DNA of 64,000 nt from Methanobacteriota archaeon (GTDB lineage: Archaea > Thermoplasmatota > Poseidoniia > Poseidoniales > Thalassarchaeaceae). A program made the translations under genes and the position numbers. Positions 10,164 to 19,968 of the stretch are shown piece by piece. Where the stretch lies: positions 3,727 to 67,726 of the forward strand of contig JABIKU010000016.1 in assembly GCA_018654845.1 (NCBI GenBank), in the 5' to 3' direction. The first letter of the stretch is position 1, and each line of letters starts with the position of its first letter. The notes beneath the pieces are model-generated. The model was not told where the DNA came from and ran no database searches. It worked only from the letters and a program-made list of their open reading frames with translations.

Positions 10164-10949
10164 TTATTGATCTTCATTTTCCATAACTCTCCTTATCGCT
10201 TCTATATCGAAGGCGCTAACTGCAACTTCTAGTGCAGCTTCTAGAGAATACCATTCTACCTTTTCAATTTCATCATCCTTCGGAATGATTTGGGTGGCAT
10301 CTATATCCATCATCGTGTGGTAAGTAAATGATAGCCAATTCAATCCATTTTCACCAAATATCGCTTGTTGAATGAGTGCTCCATCAACACCTGGAATTTC
10401 TTCACCGCATTCCGATTTTGGGTCTGCAATGGTAATATTAAGTCCTAATTCTTCTTTGGCTTCTCGAGTGGCACCAGTACGTGGATGTTCTGAATAATCG
10501 ACAAAACCTCCAGGAAGTGTCCAGCAACCAGTAAAAAATCCTCTCCGAACTTTGGCAAGAAGAATTTCATTTTTTGAATTTTGAATAATAACCTTCGAAA
10601 CCACACGATGCAATGTTCGATAAACTGATTCTCGAGCTACTGGGTCAACTGCACTATCACTGATTACAGCATCCTTCCACGCCCAATTTTCAGGCCAGGA
10701 AATATTTGGTAATGCGATGATAATCTCATGTTCATCATTTCCTAATCGGAAATTATTCCGTCGTTTCTCTGTCCAAGTCAATCCTAGATCGGCAGCTTCT
10801 ATTGGTGTCGGTAAGCGAATTAGAAATTCTCCACCTTCCCAAGTAGTTCTTCCAGTCCGGGGTATCGCAGGACCCGTACCATCGACATATAGGAGGAGTA
10901 GTTTCCCATCATGTTCGAGATGAATGTGTCGTCGCAACGTTATCTCCAT
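10164..10949 (-). CDS. NUDIX hydrolase with N-terminal extension
   Basis: NUDIX box GGFVDYSEHPRTGATREAKEELG. Confidence 0.88.
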   Translation of the reverse strand: MEITLRRHIHLEHDGKLLLLYVDGTGPAIPRTGRTTWEGGEFLIRLPTPIEAADLGLTWTEKRRNNFRLGNDEHEIIIALPNISWPENWAWKDAVISDSAVDPVARESVYRTLHRVVSKVIIQNSKNEILLAKVRRGFFTGCWTLPGGFVDYSEHPRTGATREAKEELGLNITIADPKSECGEEIPGVDGALIQQAIFGENGLNWLSFTYHTMMDIDATQIIPKDDEIEKVEWYSLEAALEVAVSAFDIEAIRRVMENEDQ

Positions 10950-10988
10950 TTAATGATAGAAAGGTTCAGCAATGAACCCAACGGATGT

Positions 10989-11927
10989 TCAATATCCTAA
11001 AATATCGCTTAATTGAGTTTTATAGAAATTTGCAGATTCTTGTAGACTCATTAGTTCATGTTCTTCTAAATCTAATTCAATTATTTCTTCAACTCCATTT
11101 TTACCTAGAATAATTGGTACGCCGATGTATACATCTTCTAACCCATATTCACCGTTTAGGAGGGCAGAACATGGCAATAGCCTTCGCCTATCATTTAACA
11201 CCGCTTCAGCCATAATAGCAGCAGCACTTCCGGGGGCATAGAAGGCACTTCCACGTTCCAGTAATTTGACAATCTCTCCACCTCCACTCGCAGTTCTTTT
11301 AGAAATTGCATCAATGGTTTCTTCATCTAGAAGTTGAGTGATTGGAATTCCTCCAGCTGTAGTATATCTTGGCAGTGGAACCATGGTGTCTCCATGGCCT
11401 CCCAATACCATTGCTTGGACATCTTCATTCGAACATCCGATTGCATCCGAAACAAAGTGAGTCATGCGAGCAGAGTCCAGAATTCCTGCTTGGCCAATTA
11501 CTCGATTCGAAGAGAATCCTGTAACTTTTTGCATGTGATATGTCATTAAATCTAGTGGATTGGTCACCATGATTATGATTGCATTCGGAGCGTGCTCCTT
11601 AATTCCAGTTCCAACTTGAGTGATAATTTCTGCATTTTTACCGATTAAATCTTCTCTTGACATCCCCGGTTGTCTCGGGAAACCCGAAGTGACGACGATT
11701 ACGTCTGAATCTGCAATGTCTTCGTAACTTGATGTTCCAGTTACAATTCCATCATAATTCAAAACCTGTCCGCCTTGACTCATATCTAGAGCTTTACCTT
11801 TTGCAAACCCTTCATAAATATCCAAAAGAACAATTTCACCCAATTTTCTTTGTGCTAGAACGAATGCACAAGATGCCCCAACGTTCCCTGCACCAATCAC
11901 TGTAATTTTTCTCGCTTCGCGTGCCAT
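10989..11927 (-). CDS. mdh: Malate dehydrogenase (LDH-like)
   Basis: GAGNVG, GKALD, PRQPGMSREDL, LDSAR, GGHGD, SAFYAPG. Confidence 0.96.
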   Translation of the reverse strand: MAREARKITVIGAGNVGASCAFVLAQRKLGEIVLLDIYEGFAKGKALDMSQGGQVLNYDGIVTGTSSYEDIADSDVIVVTSGFPRQPGMSREDLIGKNAEIITQVGTGIKEHAPNAIIIMVTNPLDLMTYHMQKVTGFSSNRVIGQAGILDSARMTHFVSDAIGCSNEDVQAMVLGGHGDTMVPLPRYTTAGGIPITQLLDEETIDAISKRTASGGGEIVKLLERGSAFYAPGSAAAIMAEAVLNDRRRLLPCSALLNGEYGLEDVYIGVPIILGKNGVEEIIELDLEEHELMSLQESANFYKTQLSDILGY

Positions 11928-11973
11928 GAACTCACTTCGTTTTGACCGCATCGCCTTATGTCCTTAGCCTTTA

Positions 11974-12720
11974 GTGAAAGAACGATTCTCAACATGTGCA
12001 GGGACAAGATTCATTTGGGCATGCTATTTAGGAATATTTGTGAAAAATTCTAATAACTCTTACATTCCATTATTGTTAATTGGAATATTTCCGACTTTGT
12101 CGATTTACATTAATTATGGTGTAGATTATTCGGTATTATTTTCTCAAATATCATTTATTACATTAAAGATCCTTCTCATAGGGGTGCCGATATATTGGAC
12201 TCTTCGTGTCGATAAGGAAAAAATAGATTTTTTCATACCTAAATCACTAGGCATCAAATACGGTTTTATTTCAGGAATTGCGATGGCATCAATTATTTTG
12301 ACGACCTATTTGTTATTTTCTAATACTATTAATATTGATCTAATGAAATTTGAAATTGGGGAAACCGGCTTATTGACGCCAAAAATATTTGTTTTGGGTG
12401 TACTATATTGGATTTTTGTCAACTCACTTGCTGAAGAATTTGTTTTCAGAAAATTTGTCGCCACAAAATTATTTGATATTACCGATAATCAAATTATTGC
12501 AATTGCGGGTTCTGCAACATTTTTCACCTTTCATCATACACTGGCTCTGACGTATTATTTTGAACCATGGCAAGTAATCATATCGTCAATTGGTATTTTT
12601 GGAGCAGGTGTGATTTGGTCCTGGCTCTACCTTCGTTTTAATTCTGTATTCGTCTGTTGGATCTCACATTCAATATGCGATGTTGCTATCTTTGGAATCG
12701 GCTATATTTTACTGTTCTAA
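11974..12720 (+). CDS. CPBP (CAAX/Abi) family intramembrane metalloprotease
   Basis: AEEFVFR, FTFHH, SHSICD; multiple TMs; true start probably downstream. Confidence 0.88.
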   Translation: MKERFSTCAGTRFIWACYLGIFVKNSNNSYIPLLLIGIFPTLSIYINYGVDYSVLFSQISFITLKILLIGVPIYWTLRVDKEKIDFFIPKSLGIKYGFISGIAMASIILTTYLLFSNTINIDLMKFEIGETGLLTPKIFVLGVLYWIFVNSLAEEFVFRKFVATKLFDITDNQIIAIAGSATFFTFHHTLALTYYFEPWQVIISSIGIFGAGVIWSWLYLRFNSVFVCWISHSICDVAIFGIGYILLF

Positions 12721-12845
12721 ACTCTAATTTCATACCGCTTTCATTATTACACCTGAACGGCATCATCCGTTTGATTCAATAATCGTCTTCGTTTCGGAAG
12801 TCCATCTACTATGAGCCTATGGCTGATTATGAGGGGTGACAAAAT

Positions 12846-14006
12846 ATGCTACTTGGAGTTATTAAAGAACCAGATGGTGAAAAAAGGGTCGCTATTATTC
12901 CAAATTCGATTAAGAAATTAAGGAAAGCAGGATTCAATATTATTATTGAAGAAGGAGCTGGAATTAGCGCCAATCATTTAGATTCGGAGTATGAAAAAGC
13001 AGGAGGGAAAATTGGTTCAAGGCAAGATGCATTAACTGCAGATATTATTGTGTCGATTAGATTGCCAGAAGTTTCCATACTTCGAAATTCACAAATGGTG
13101 GCTTGTGTTTCAGATCCATTTCGTAATGCTCAGAAAATTTCTTCTTACATTAAAAAGAGCATCACTTTGTTTTCGATGGATATGATTCCTCGTCGATTAT
13201 CTAGAGCTCAATCCATGGATGTAAATTCCAGTCAAGACAATTTAGCAGGATACAAAGCCGTTCTTTTAGGAGCGTCTCAAGTTCCCAAAGGAATTCCTAT
13301 GATGACAACTTCCGCTGGAACAATTCGACCCGCTAAAGTCGTGATAATGGGGAGTGGCGTTGCAGGTCTACAAGCCATTGCAACAGCCAAAAGACTAGGT
13401 GCAGTAGTATATGCATCAGATGTGAGGAAATCCGCAGCAGAACAAATCGAATCTGTCGGTGGTAGATTTATCGAAGTAGAAGGTATGGATGATTTTGAAG
13501 ATGAAGCTGGATATGCTAAGCCACTAACGCTTGAATTTATTCAAAAAGTGAATGATACTGTATGCGAGGTCGCTTCTGATGCTGATATAATTGTCACTAC
13601 TGCTAGAATTTTTGGTCGACCTGCTCCAATTACGGTTCCCTCATCTGCAGTTTTAAATTTCAAATCTGGAGCAGTAATTGTCGATATGAATTCCGACGTT
13701 GGAGGTAATTGTGAATTAACTAAACCTGGTGAAATTTTCACCACTGATAATGGAGTGATAATAGTAGGGACATCTAATCTTCCAGGAACTGTTGCAAATT
13801 CTGCTAGCATGTTATATTCAAACAATCTTACTACATTTATTACATCTATTTCTAAGGATGGTAATATTGTTCTTTCTGAGGATGATGATATTCTGGTTGG
13901 CCCATCTGAAGATTCAGACTTTTATGTGCCAGGAATGGGAGGAGTATTAATTTGCTCCAATGGTAAAATTCACTCCAAACAAACTCGACTTGGGGGTGTT
14001 TTATGA
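12846..14006 (+). CDS. pntA: NAD(P) transhydrogenase alpha-1 subunit (dI)
   Basis: EKRVA, SRAQSMD, AGYKAV, GSGVAGLQA, GGNCE; RBS GAGGGGTGA. Confidence 0.95.
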   Translation: MLLGVIKEPDGEKRVAIIPNSIKKLRKAGFNIIIEEGAGISANHLDSEYEKAGGKIGSRQDALTADIIVSIRLPEVSILRNSQMVACVSDPFRNAQKISSYIKKSITLFSMDMIPRRLSRAQSMDVNSSQDNLAGYKAVLLGASQVPKGIPMMTTSAGTIRPAKVVIMGSGVAGLQAIATAKRLGAVVYASDVRKSAAEQIESVGGRFIEVEGMDDFEDEAGYAKPLTLEFIQKVNDTVCEVASDADIIVTTARIFGRPAPITVPSSAVLNFKSGAVIVDMNSDVGGNCELTKPGEIFTTDNGVIIVGTSNLPGTVANSASMLYSNNLTTFITSISKDGNIVLSEDDDILVGPSEDSDFYVPGMGGVLICSNGKIHSKQTRLGGVL

Positions 14007-14314
14007 TGACTCCTGAAATGTTAATTGCTTCCATTACATTATTTGTTCTGGCAATTTTTCTCGGTTTTGAATTAATTACAAAGGTTCCTTCTATGCTACA
14101 TACTCCTTTGATGAGTGGTGCGAATGCTATTTCTGGAATCAGTGTAGTTGGTGCATTGCTTGCAGCGAATGTGGCGTATGAAGGCGGCAATACTGCAATC
14201 TCTGGCTTACTTGCGTTCGTGGCTATCGTATTAGCTATGATTAATGTTGTTGGTGGATTTGCAGTAACAAATAGAATGTTGAAAATGATTGCTGGAAAGA
14301 AGAGGAGGGACTGA
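14003..14314 (+). CDS. NAD(P) transhydrogenase alpha-2 membrane subunit
   Basis: LHTPLMSGANAISG, INVVGGFAVTNRMLKM. Confidence 0.95.
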   Translation: MMTPEMLIASITLFVLAIFLGFELITKVPSMLHTPLMSGANAISGISVVGALLAANVAYEGGNTAISGLLAFVAIVLAMINVVGGFAVTNRMLKMIAGKKRRD

Positions 14315-14316
14315 TC

Positions 14317-15741
14317 ATGGATTCATCATGGGTCACTATTGGTTATTTGATTTCAGCCGGTTTTTTCATATTCGGTCTGAAAATGCTTGGGCATCCACGA
14401 ACAGCACCTAAAGGAAATCAATATGGAATGCTTGGTATGCTACTTGCAGTTATTACAACAATTGCACAAATGCAATTAGGTGAGGATGGAATTATTTCTT
14501 GGACATTAATAATTTCTGGAATACTTACCGGTTCAATTATTGGATATATTATGGCCGCAAAGGTCGAAATGACGGGAATGCCTGAATTGGTGGCACTGTT
14601 CAATGGATTTGGTGGAGCAGCTTCCGCTCTCGTTGCTCTTTCTGAAAGTTGGACATATATTGCCGAAGGTCGGATTGAGCCAACTGGATTAGATCTCTAT
14701 GTAATCGTAATTGCAGCTGGGTTATCGGCGTTGGTTGGATGGATGACATTAACTGGGTCACTACTTGCTATGTATAAATTAAAAGGTGGTATTGAAGTAT
14801 TTGGCAAATGGATCAAAACTCCCACATGGGGTCCATCTTGGTTGAATCCTGTCAAGGCAATATTATTCGCATCAGTAATTGCTTTGATTTATTTAAGCAT
14901 CAATGATTTAGGAAACTCAGACTATTTGTGGGGGATAATAGCAGTTTCCTGCCTCTTGGGAATTGTACTCGTATTACCAATCGGTGGCGCGGATATGCCA
15001 GTTGTAGTAAGTTTGTTAAATTCCCTATCAGGTATAGCTGCGGCGTTCACAGGTTTTATCATAAACAATAGTGTGTTAATAATTGCAGGTAGTTTAGTAG
15101 GAGCTTCCGGATTAATTTTGACTTTTATCATGTGTAAGGCGATGAATCGAAAATTGGTTGATGTGCTTTTCAAATCATTTGGAGGGTCTACAAAAGAATC
15201 ACTAACTCGTACAAAAGTTGGAAGTGATGCTGAAGAAGTTGCAATGATGGCTGATGGAGCTCAAAAAATCATCATTGTTCCTGGATATGGGATGGCCGTA
15301 AGTCAATGTCAACACCAGGTGAAGGAGTTCGCTGATTTGATGACTGAGAAATTTGGCACAGAAATCAAATTCGCTATCCATCCAGTGGCTGGTAGGATGC
15401 CGGGCCACATGAACGTACTTCTTGCTGAAGCAAATGTGCCATACGAACAGTTGATTGAAATGGAAAAAATTAATCCTGAGTTTTCAGACTGTGATATGGC
15501 AATCGTAATCGGTGCTAATGACACCTGTAATCCTGAGGCAAGGACTGGAGAGGGACCTCTTGCGGGCATGCCAATCATAGATGCTGATAAGGCTAGAACG
15601 GTAGTGATAATCAAGAGAAGTCTTTCAGTAGGATATGCAGGAATTGACAATGACTTGTTCTATGAAGATAAAACAATGATGCTTTTCGGTGATGGTAAAA
15701 AGATGATGAACGAACTTAATTCTGCTATTAAGGAGTTATAA
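14317..15741 (+). CDS. pntB: NAD(P) transhydrogenase beta subunit
   Basis: MPELVALFNGFGG, GGADMPVV, PGYGMAV, HPVAGRMPGHMNVLLAEA. Confidence 0.97.
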   Translation: MDSSWVTIGYLISAGFFIFGLKMLGHPRTAPKGNQYGMLGMLLAVITTIAQMQLGEDGIISWTLIISGILTGSIIGYIMAAKVEMTGMPELVALFNGFGGAASALVALSESWTYIAEGRIEPTGLDLYVIVIAAGLSALVGWMTLTGSLLAMYKLKGGIEVFGKWIKTPTWGPSWLNPVKAILFASVIALIYLSINDLGNSDYLWGIIAVSCLLGIVLVLPIGGADMPVVVSLLNSLSGIAAAFTGFIINNSVLIIAGSLVGASGLILTFIMCKAMNRKLVDVLFKSFGGSTKESLTRTKVGSDAEEVAMMADGAQKIIIVPGYGMAVSQCQHQVKEFADLMTEKFGTEIKFAIHPVAGRMPGHMNVLLAEANVPYEQLIEMEKINPEFSDCDMAIVIGANDTCNPEARTGEGPLAGMPIIDADKARTVVIIKRSLSVGYAGIDNDLFYEDKTMMLFGDGKKMMNELNSAIKEL

Positions 15742-15819
15742 GTTCAATATTTCAAAATCAAAGGCCGCCGAGTAATGGTTATGAGATGAATGATTCTCCA
15801 AAGTTTCAAAGGTGTTAGG

Positions 15820-16818
15820 ATGCGGTCCCGGGTAACACAAGCACTAATCGTATTACTCATTGTGGGAATGCTTTCTTTTTCATCATTAGCTAGTAATAAT
15901 GGGCCTCCGGGGACAAATGATCAAGGAGATTCTACAGTTGAATATGGATGTACTTGCCATAATTCTGGTTCACCTTCAAATCAAGCAGTGGTAATGATTA
16001 CTGGGATACCAGTAATGTATGAAATGGGTTCATCTTATGACTTTACAATAACTGTCGCAGATTCGTTAACACTTTCAGGCGGAGATGGAAATACAAAAGC
16101 GGGATTCCTATTCTCTTCGAATTCTGTTGGTCAATTTTCTTGGTCTGATGATGAAGATATTCGAAATGCGGACGGTAATCCTGATGATATTTCAAACTCA
16201 GATGCTGACGCGGATGGAATTTGGGTTGTAACTTGGAGTGCCCCTTCGAGCGATGTTGGTTCAGTTCACTTTTATTTAGCTGGAAATTCAGTAGATAGTA
16301 GTGGTGCTGCTGATGCTGGTGATTATTGGAATTTATTGAGTTTTTCTATTACTGCACCAGGAACAATTTCTGAAGATGAAAGTGGTGCTGTGCTTTCTAC
16401 CCGAACTATCTCAGTCGGTGATTACGATTCATTATTTGTTATCGAAGAATCCGCATCAGAAATAGAAGCAGCGCGTCAGAAGGCGATATCAGAAAGAGTG
16501 TTTTCCCAAGGAAATTTATTCTATTGGTTTAGTTTGGCATTATTAATTGTCGGGGCAGTTGTTCAGAGAGAAATATTTGATAGAAAGTATGGTGAAAACC
16601 CCGAATACCTCTCCTCCGAATTAGCGTATCCTCAAGGATTACGTCGCGGATTAGTTGCCATATTATCATTCTATTTTGGAGTGAAGTGGTTATCCGAAGG
16701 AAATGTTTCTGATTTTTCCGTTGGAATGACGTTATTCGTCAGTGGATGGGCTTTTTACGGAGTTTATCGAACAGTTTTGTCAACCACAATTGACCCCGAA
16801 GTCAAGGATATACTTTGA
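15820..16818 (+). CDS. Secreted Reeler / choice-of-anchor-V-like protein with CxCH motif and C-terminal TM helices
   Basis: Signal peptide, YGCTCHN, VTWSAP..GSVHFYLAGNSVD; about 3 C-terminal TMs. Confidence 0.65.
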   Translation: MRSRVTQALIVLLIVGMLSFSSLASNNGPPGTNDQGDSTVEYGCTCHNSGSPSNQAVVMITGIPVMYEMGSSYDFTITVADSLTLSGGDGNTKAGFLFSSNSVGQFSWSDDEDIRNADGNPDDISNSDADADGIWVVTWSAPSSDVGSVHFYLAGNSVDSSGAADAGDYWNLLSFSITAPGTISEDESGAVLSTRTISVGDYDSLFVIEESASEIEAARQKAISERVFSQGNLFYWFSLALLIVGAVVQREIFDRKYGENPEYLSSELAYPQGLRRGLVAILSFYFGVKWLSEGNVSDFSVGMTLFVSGWAFYGVYRTVLSTTIDPEVKDIL

Positions 16819-16820
16819 AG

Positions 16821-17918
16821 ATGTCATCACTTGTCAAAAACGATTTTAGCTTTGATTTTACAAATCATCTCATCCAATTAAGAAGCATCTTTCAAAAATC
16901 AGCACTGATGGTAATTATTTCTTCAATAATCCTATCATTTTTCATCGACGACTTAATTTTATTATGGTTTGAATTTATTAATATCGGACATAACTCATTG
17001 AATTTAACAAATTATTCGCCTTCAGATTGGCTGAGTATTAGATTCTCTCTCGTCTTAATATTAGCATGTATTGTTGTGTTGCCATTTTTTTCGATAATGC
17101 TTCGTAAATTTACAATTATCGGCATGACATCTAAAGAAAATTTATGGTTCACACTGACACTATTCTTCAGTACAACATTAACTCCTTTGATTTTCATTTT
17201 GGTCTGGATATATATAATTCCGTTATGGATCGAATTATTTGAAATTGCATCATTGGTTGAATCCGTAGGGAAAAGATATGATGCAGTATCAATACTTGGA
17301 ATTGGAATAGGTATTTCTTGGGTAATATTGATTGGTAACATGGTGATAATGACATTAGGGTTCGCTAGGTTAATTGGTTTGGTTGAAAATGGTCAAGCTA
17401 AATTCAGGATACGCATTATGCTAATATCCACCTCAATTCTAATATTATCACTCCCATTTGTTTATGATGGTTTGCGAGTGTTTATTTCTGTAATTACCAT
17501 TCTTATTGCAGATCGAATTTCAACAACAGTACCTAACCCTATACTTGGTACAAGAATATTCGAAGTATCTGATGTCTCTTTCAAAGGAAAAATCAGTAGA
17601 ATAGGGGTGATTGATTGTTCTTGTGAAGGATCTAGCCCAACCATTCCTGATTCATGGAACTATGAAGGTGTAGCAAATCCAAAGTGTAATGCAATATGTT
17701 TAAATTCATTTGAACAATATGCAATAATTGATTTAATTGTTGAAAAAAAGTTATCTCAACTAATAATCACTGGCTGTGATGCTTCACCTTTGCCCGTTTG
17801 GATGCAAGAAAGAATCAAAAATAATCGATGTGAATTTTCAGGATTAAATTGGCTTGACTGTTCGAATATTAACGAAGACGGAATGCTCAAATCTCTCCAA
17901 TTTCCTTTAGAAGAGTAG
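16821..17918 (+). CDS. Divergent TatC-like membrane protein with C-terminal Cys-rich domain
   Basis: HLIQLR, YSPSDW, LPFF..RKF..GMTSKE resemble TatC; about 6 TMs; C-terminal RIGVIDCSC..C..GC. Confidence 0.65.
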   Translation: MSSLVKNDFSFDFTNHLIQLRSIFQKSALMVIISSIILSFFIDDLILLWFEFINIGHNSLNLTNYSPSDWLSIRFSLVLILACIVVLPFFSIMLRKFTIIGMTSKENLWFTLTLFFSTTLTPLIFILVWIYIIPLWIELFEIASLVESVGKRYDAVSILGIGIGISWVILIGNMVIMTLGFARLIGLVENGQAKFRIRIMLISTSILILSLPFVYDGLRVFISVITILIADRISTTVPNPILGTRIFEVSDVSFKGKISRIGVIDCSCEGSSPTIPDSWNYEGVANPKCNAICLNSFEQYAIIDLIVEKKLSQLIITGCDASPLPVWMQERIKNNRCEFSGLNWLDCSNINEDGMLKSLQFPLEE

Positions 17919-17964
17919 TTCAAGGATGCATTGGATTGAAAGCAGGTATCGATGAGCGTGAAGT

Positions 17965-19968
17965 ATGAATGCAGCGAGGGCCATTGCTGCAGTCACATTA
18001 TTGCTATTCGGCTTATTTGTGAATACAAATCCCGCATTGGTCGATGATTGGTTAGAGTCAAATGTTGATAATTCGGATAATGAAGAAAATATTTTAGTAG
18101 GTATTCAACCTAGAGAAAATTGGCTTGTCCTCCAAGTATCTTTTCCGTCTCATGAATTTGATAAACAAGCTGCTTTAGCACAATTATCTGGATCTGACTC
18201 TGTTGAATCATATATTTCTCAAGTTTCTGCAGAGAATTCAATAGTTGTAACCACATTATTTGGAGAAACTTGGGAATCTGTTGAACCTTTACGGTTTTGG
18301 GGTGCAGATAGCTCTGAAACACGTGATTCTGGATTAGATGGCGCTGGAGTTGGTGAATTAGTAAAACAGGTTGTTAAATCTAGATTGACTGATGAAAATC
18401 TTTCCCAATGGGATTTAAATTCAGATGGTATTATTGATCGATTATTAATTCTTCATTCTGCAAACCCACAAGAAATCAGTGGAAACTCTAACTCAATTTG
18501 GAGCCATTTTTCTGAATTAGATGAACCGATAAAACTTGGATCATGGACAATTCCTCATTACACAATTGCCTCTACTGAATCCGGAATGGGAACTATTGCT
18601 CATGAAATGATACATCAGATGGGGGCATTAGATCTTTATGATGTACATAGTGAATTACCCACTCGTTCTTGGAATGGCGTAGGTGATTGGGGGTTGATGG
18701 CCAGTGGTAATTGGAATGGAAATGGAGCCTCTCCTGCACTGCCCATTGCCTCGACCTTGGGTATTATTGGTGCGAATAGATCAATTATTATCGATCCATA
18801 TATTGGTGGTGAATTTGAATTATTTCCGTTATCTAATGGGGGTCAATATCTTTCTATTGAAAGTTCAGAGAATGAATATTTCCATATTTCATATCGTTCA
18901 GTTCATGGATTTGATTCAAGTTTACCTGGTTCAGGAATTTTGGTCGAGCATCAAAATAGGAATAATGGCGATGAAAGAAACAATTTAGTCAATACTGATC
19001 CAAAAAATGCTTGGGTAATTATTGTCGAAGCAGATGGTGATGATGCGTTAATCCGTAATCGAGATCGCGGTAGTTCTGGGGATCCATTTCAATCTGGAGA
19101 TGTGTTTGGGGGAATTAATTATGAAAATGGCATGTCACTCAGGGATTATCGGGGCAGATTAGTTAATTGGGTTGCCGAAGTAAACCATATAACGGTGGAT
19201 AGTGCTGTAATTACAATTTCTCCTACTCAATCCGTTGATTCTGTAAAAGTAATCCCCCCTCCTTCTCCGATTGAATTATTGGAAGGTGAATCGGCTTTTG
19301 TTGATGTCATTGCCCCTTTTTCTTGTAATTTAAATTACAATATTTCATCATTTCCTGGACATAATTATTTTGATTCAATAATTATTCCTGAAGGATTGAA
19401 TTTAATCAAAATCATTGAAGTCAATAGCAGTTCTCCCACTGCTGGAAAAATCAATGGATTGATTGGTTGCTCAAATTCAGACTCAACGAATTTTGAATTA
19501 GATTGGTATATGGTTGGAAACCGAATAATTACGACAGAGGTCATTTTGAAAATTAATTCTAAACAAAGTTCTCAAATTATTGTTAATCTTGATTATGCAG
19601 GGACGGGTTCTCGAAATTATGACATCACTATAGATGGTCCTGCATCAAGAATTTCTAGTGTCCTCTCTCAAGGTGAAATAACTTCAGGAGAAGGAATAGT
19701 AATCGATATTGACCCCGATGGGCTATTGGTTCCAGGCATGATTGCAAAGGGGGAAATAATTTTTGTCGATGATTTCGGAATAGAACAAAGAGTTCATATT
19801 GTTTTTGAAGCGGAATCCTCTTTTGATACAAATTCAATCCTTTCTTGGTTATCGGAACCGTCAAATGGAATATTGATGATTACAATTCTTCTGGCTTTTT
19901 CTATTATCAGTGGAGGTAAAGATAAAACCAATCAAAAACTTCAGCCAAATGACGAAACAGAACATTAA
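17965..19968 (+). CDS. M6 (immune inhibitor A-like) metalloprotease, membrane anchored
   Basis: DGIIDRLLILH, IWSH, HEMIHQMGALDLYD, WGLMASGNW, EADG; signal peptide and C-terminal TM. Confidence 0.88.
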   Translation: MNAARAIAAVTLLLFGLFVNTNPALVDDWLESNVDNSDNEENILVGIQPRENWLVLQVSFPSHEFDKQAALAQLSGSDSVESYISQVSAENSIVVTTLFGETWESVEPLRFWGADSSETRDSGLDGAGVGELVKQVVKSRLTDENLSQWDLNSDGIIDRLLILHSANPQEISGNSNSIWSHFSELDEPIKLGSWTIPHYTIASTESGMGTIAHEMIHQMGALDLYDVHSELPTRSWNGVGDWGLMASGNWNGNGASPALPIASTLGIIGANRSIIIDPYIGGEFELFPLSNGGQYLSIESSENEYFHISYRSVHGFDSSLPGSGILVEHQNRNNGDERNNLVNTDPKNAWVIIVEADGDDALIRNRDRGSSGDPFQSGDVFGGINYENGMSLRDYRGRLVNWVAEVNHITVDSAVITISPTQSVDSVKVIPPPSPIELLEGESAFVDVIAPFSCNLNYNISSFPGHNYFDSIIIPEGLNLIKIIEVNSSSPTAGKINGLIGCSNSDSTNFELDWYMVGNRIITTEVILKINSKQSSQIIVNLDYAGTGSRNYDITIDGPASRISSVLSQGEITSGEGIVIDIDPDGLLVPGMIAKGEIIFVDDFGIEQRVHIVFEAESSFDTNSILSWLSEPSNGILMITILLAFSIISGGKDKTNQKLQPNDETEH

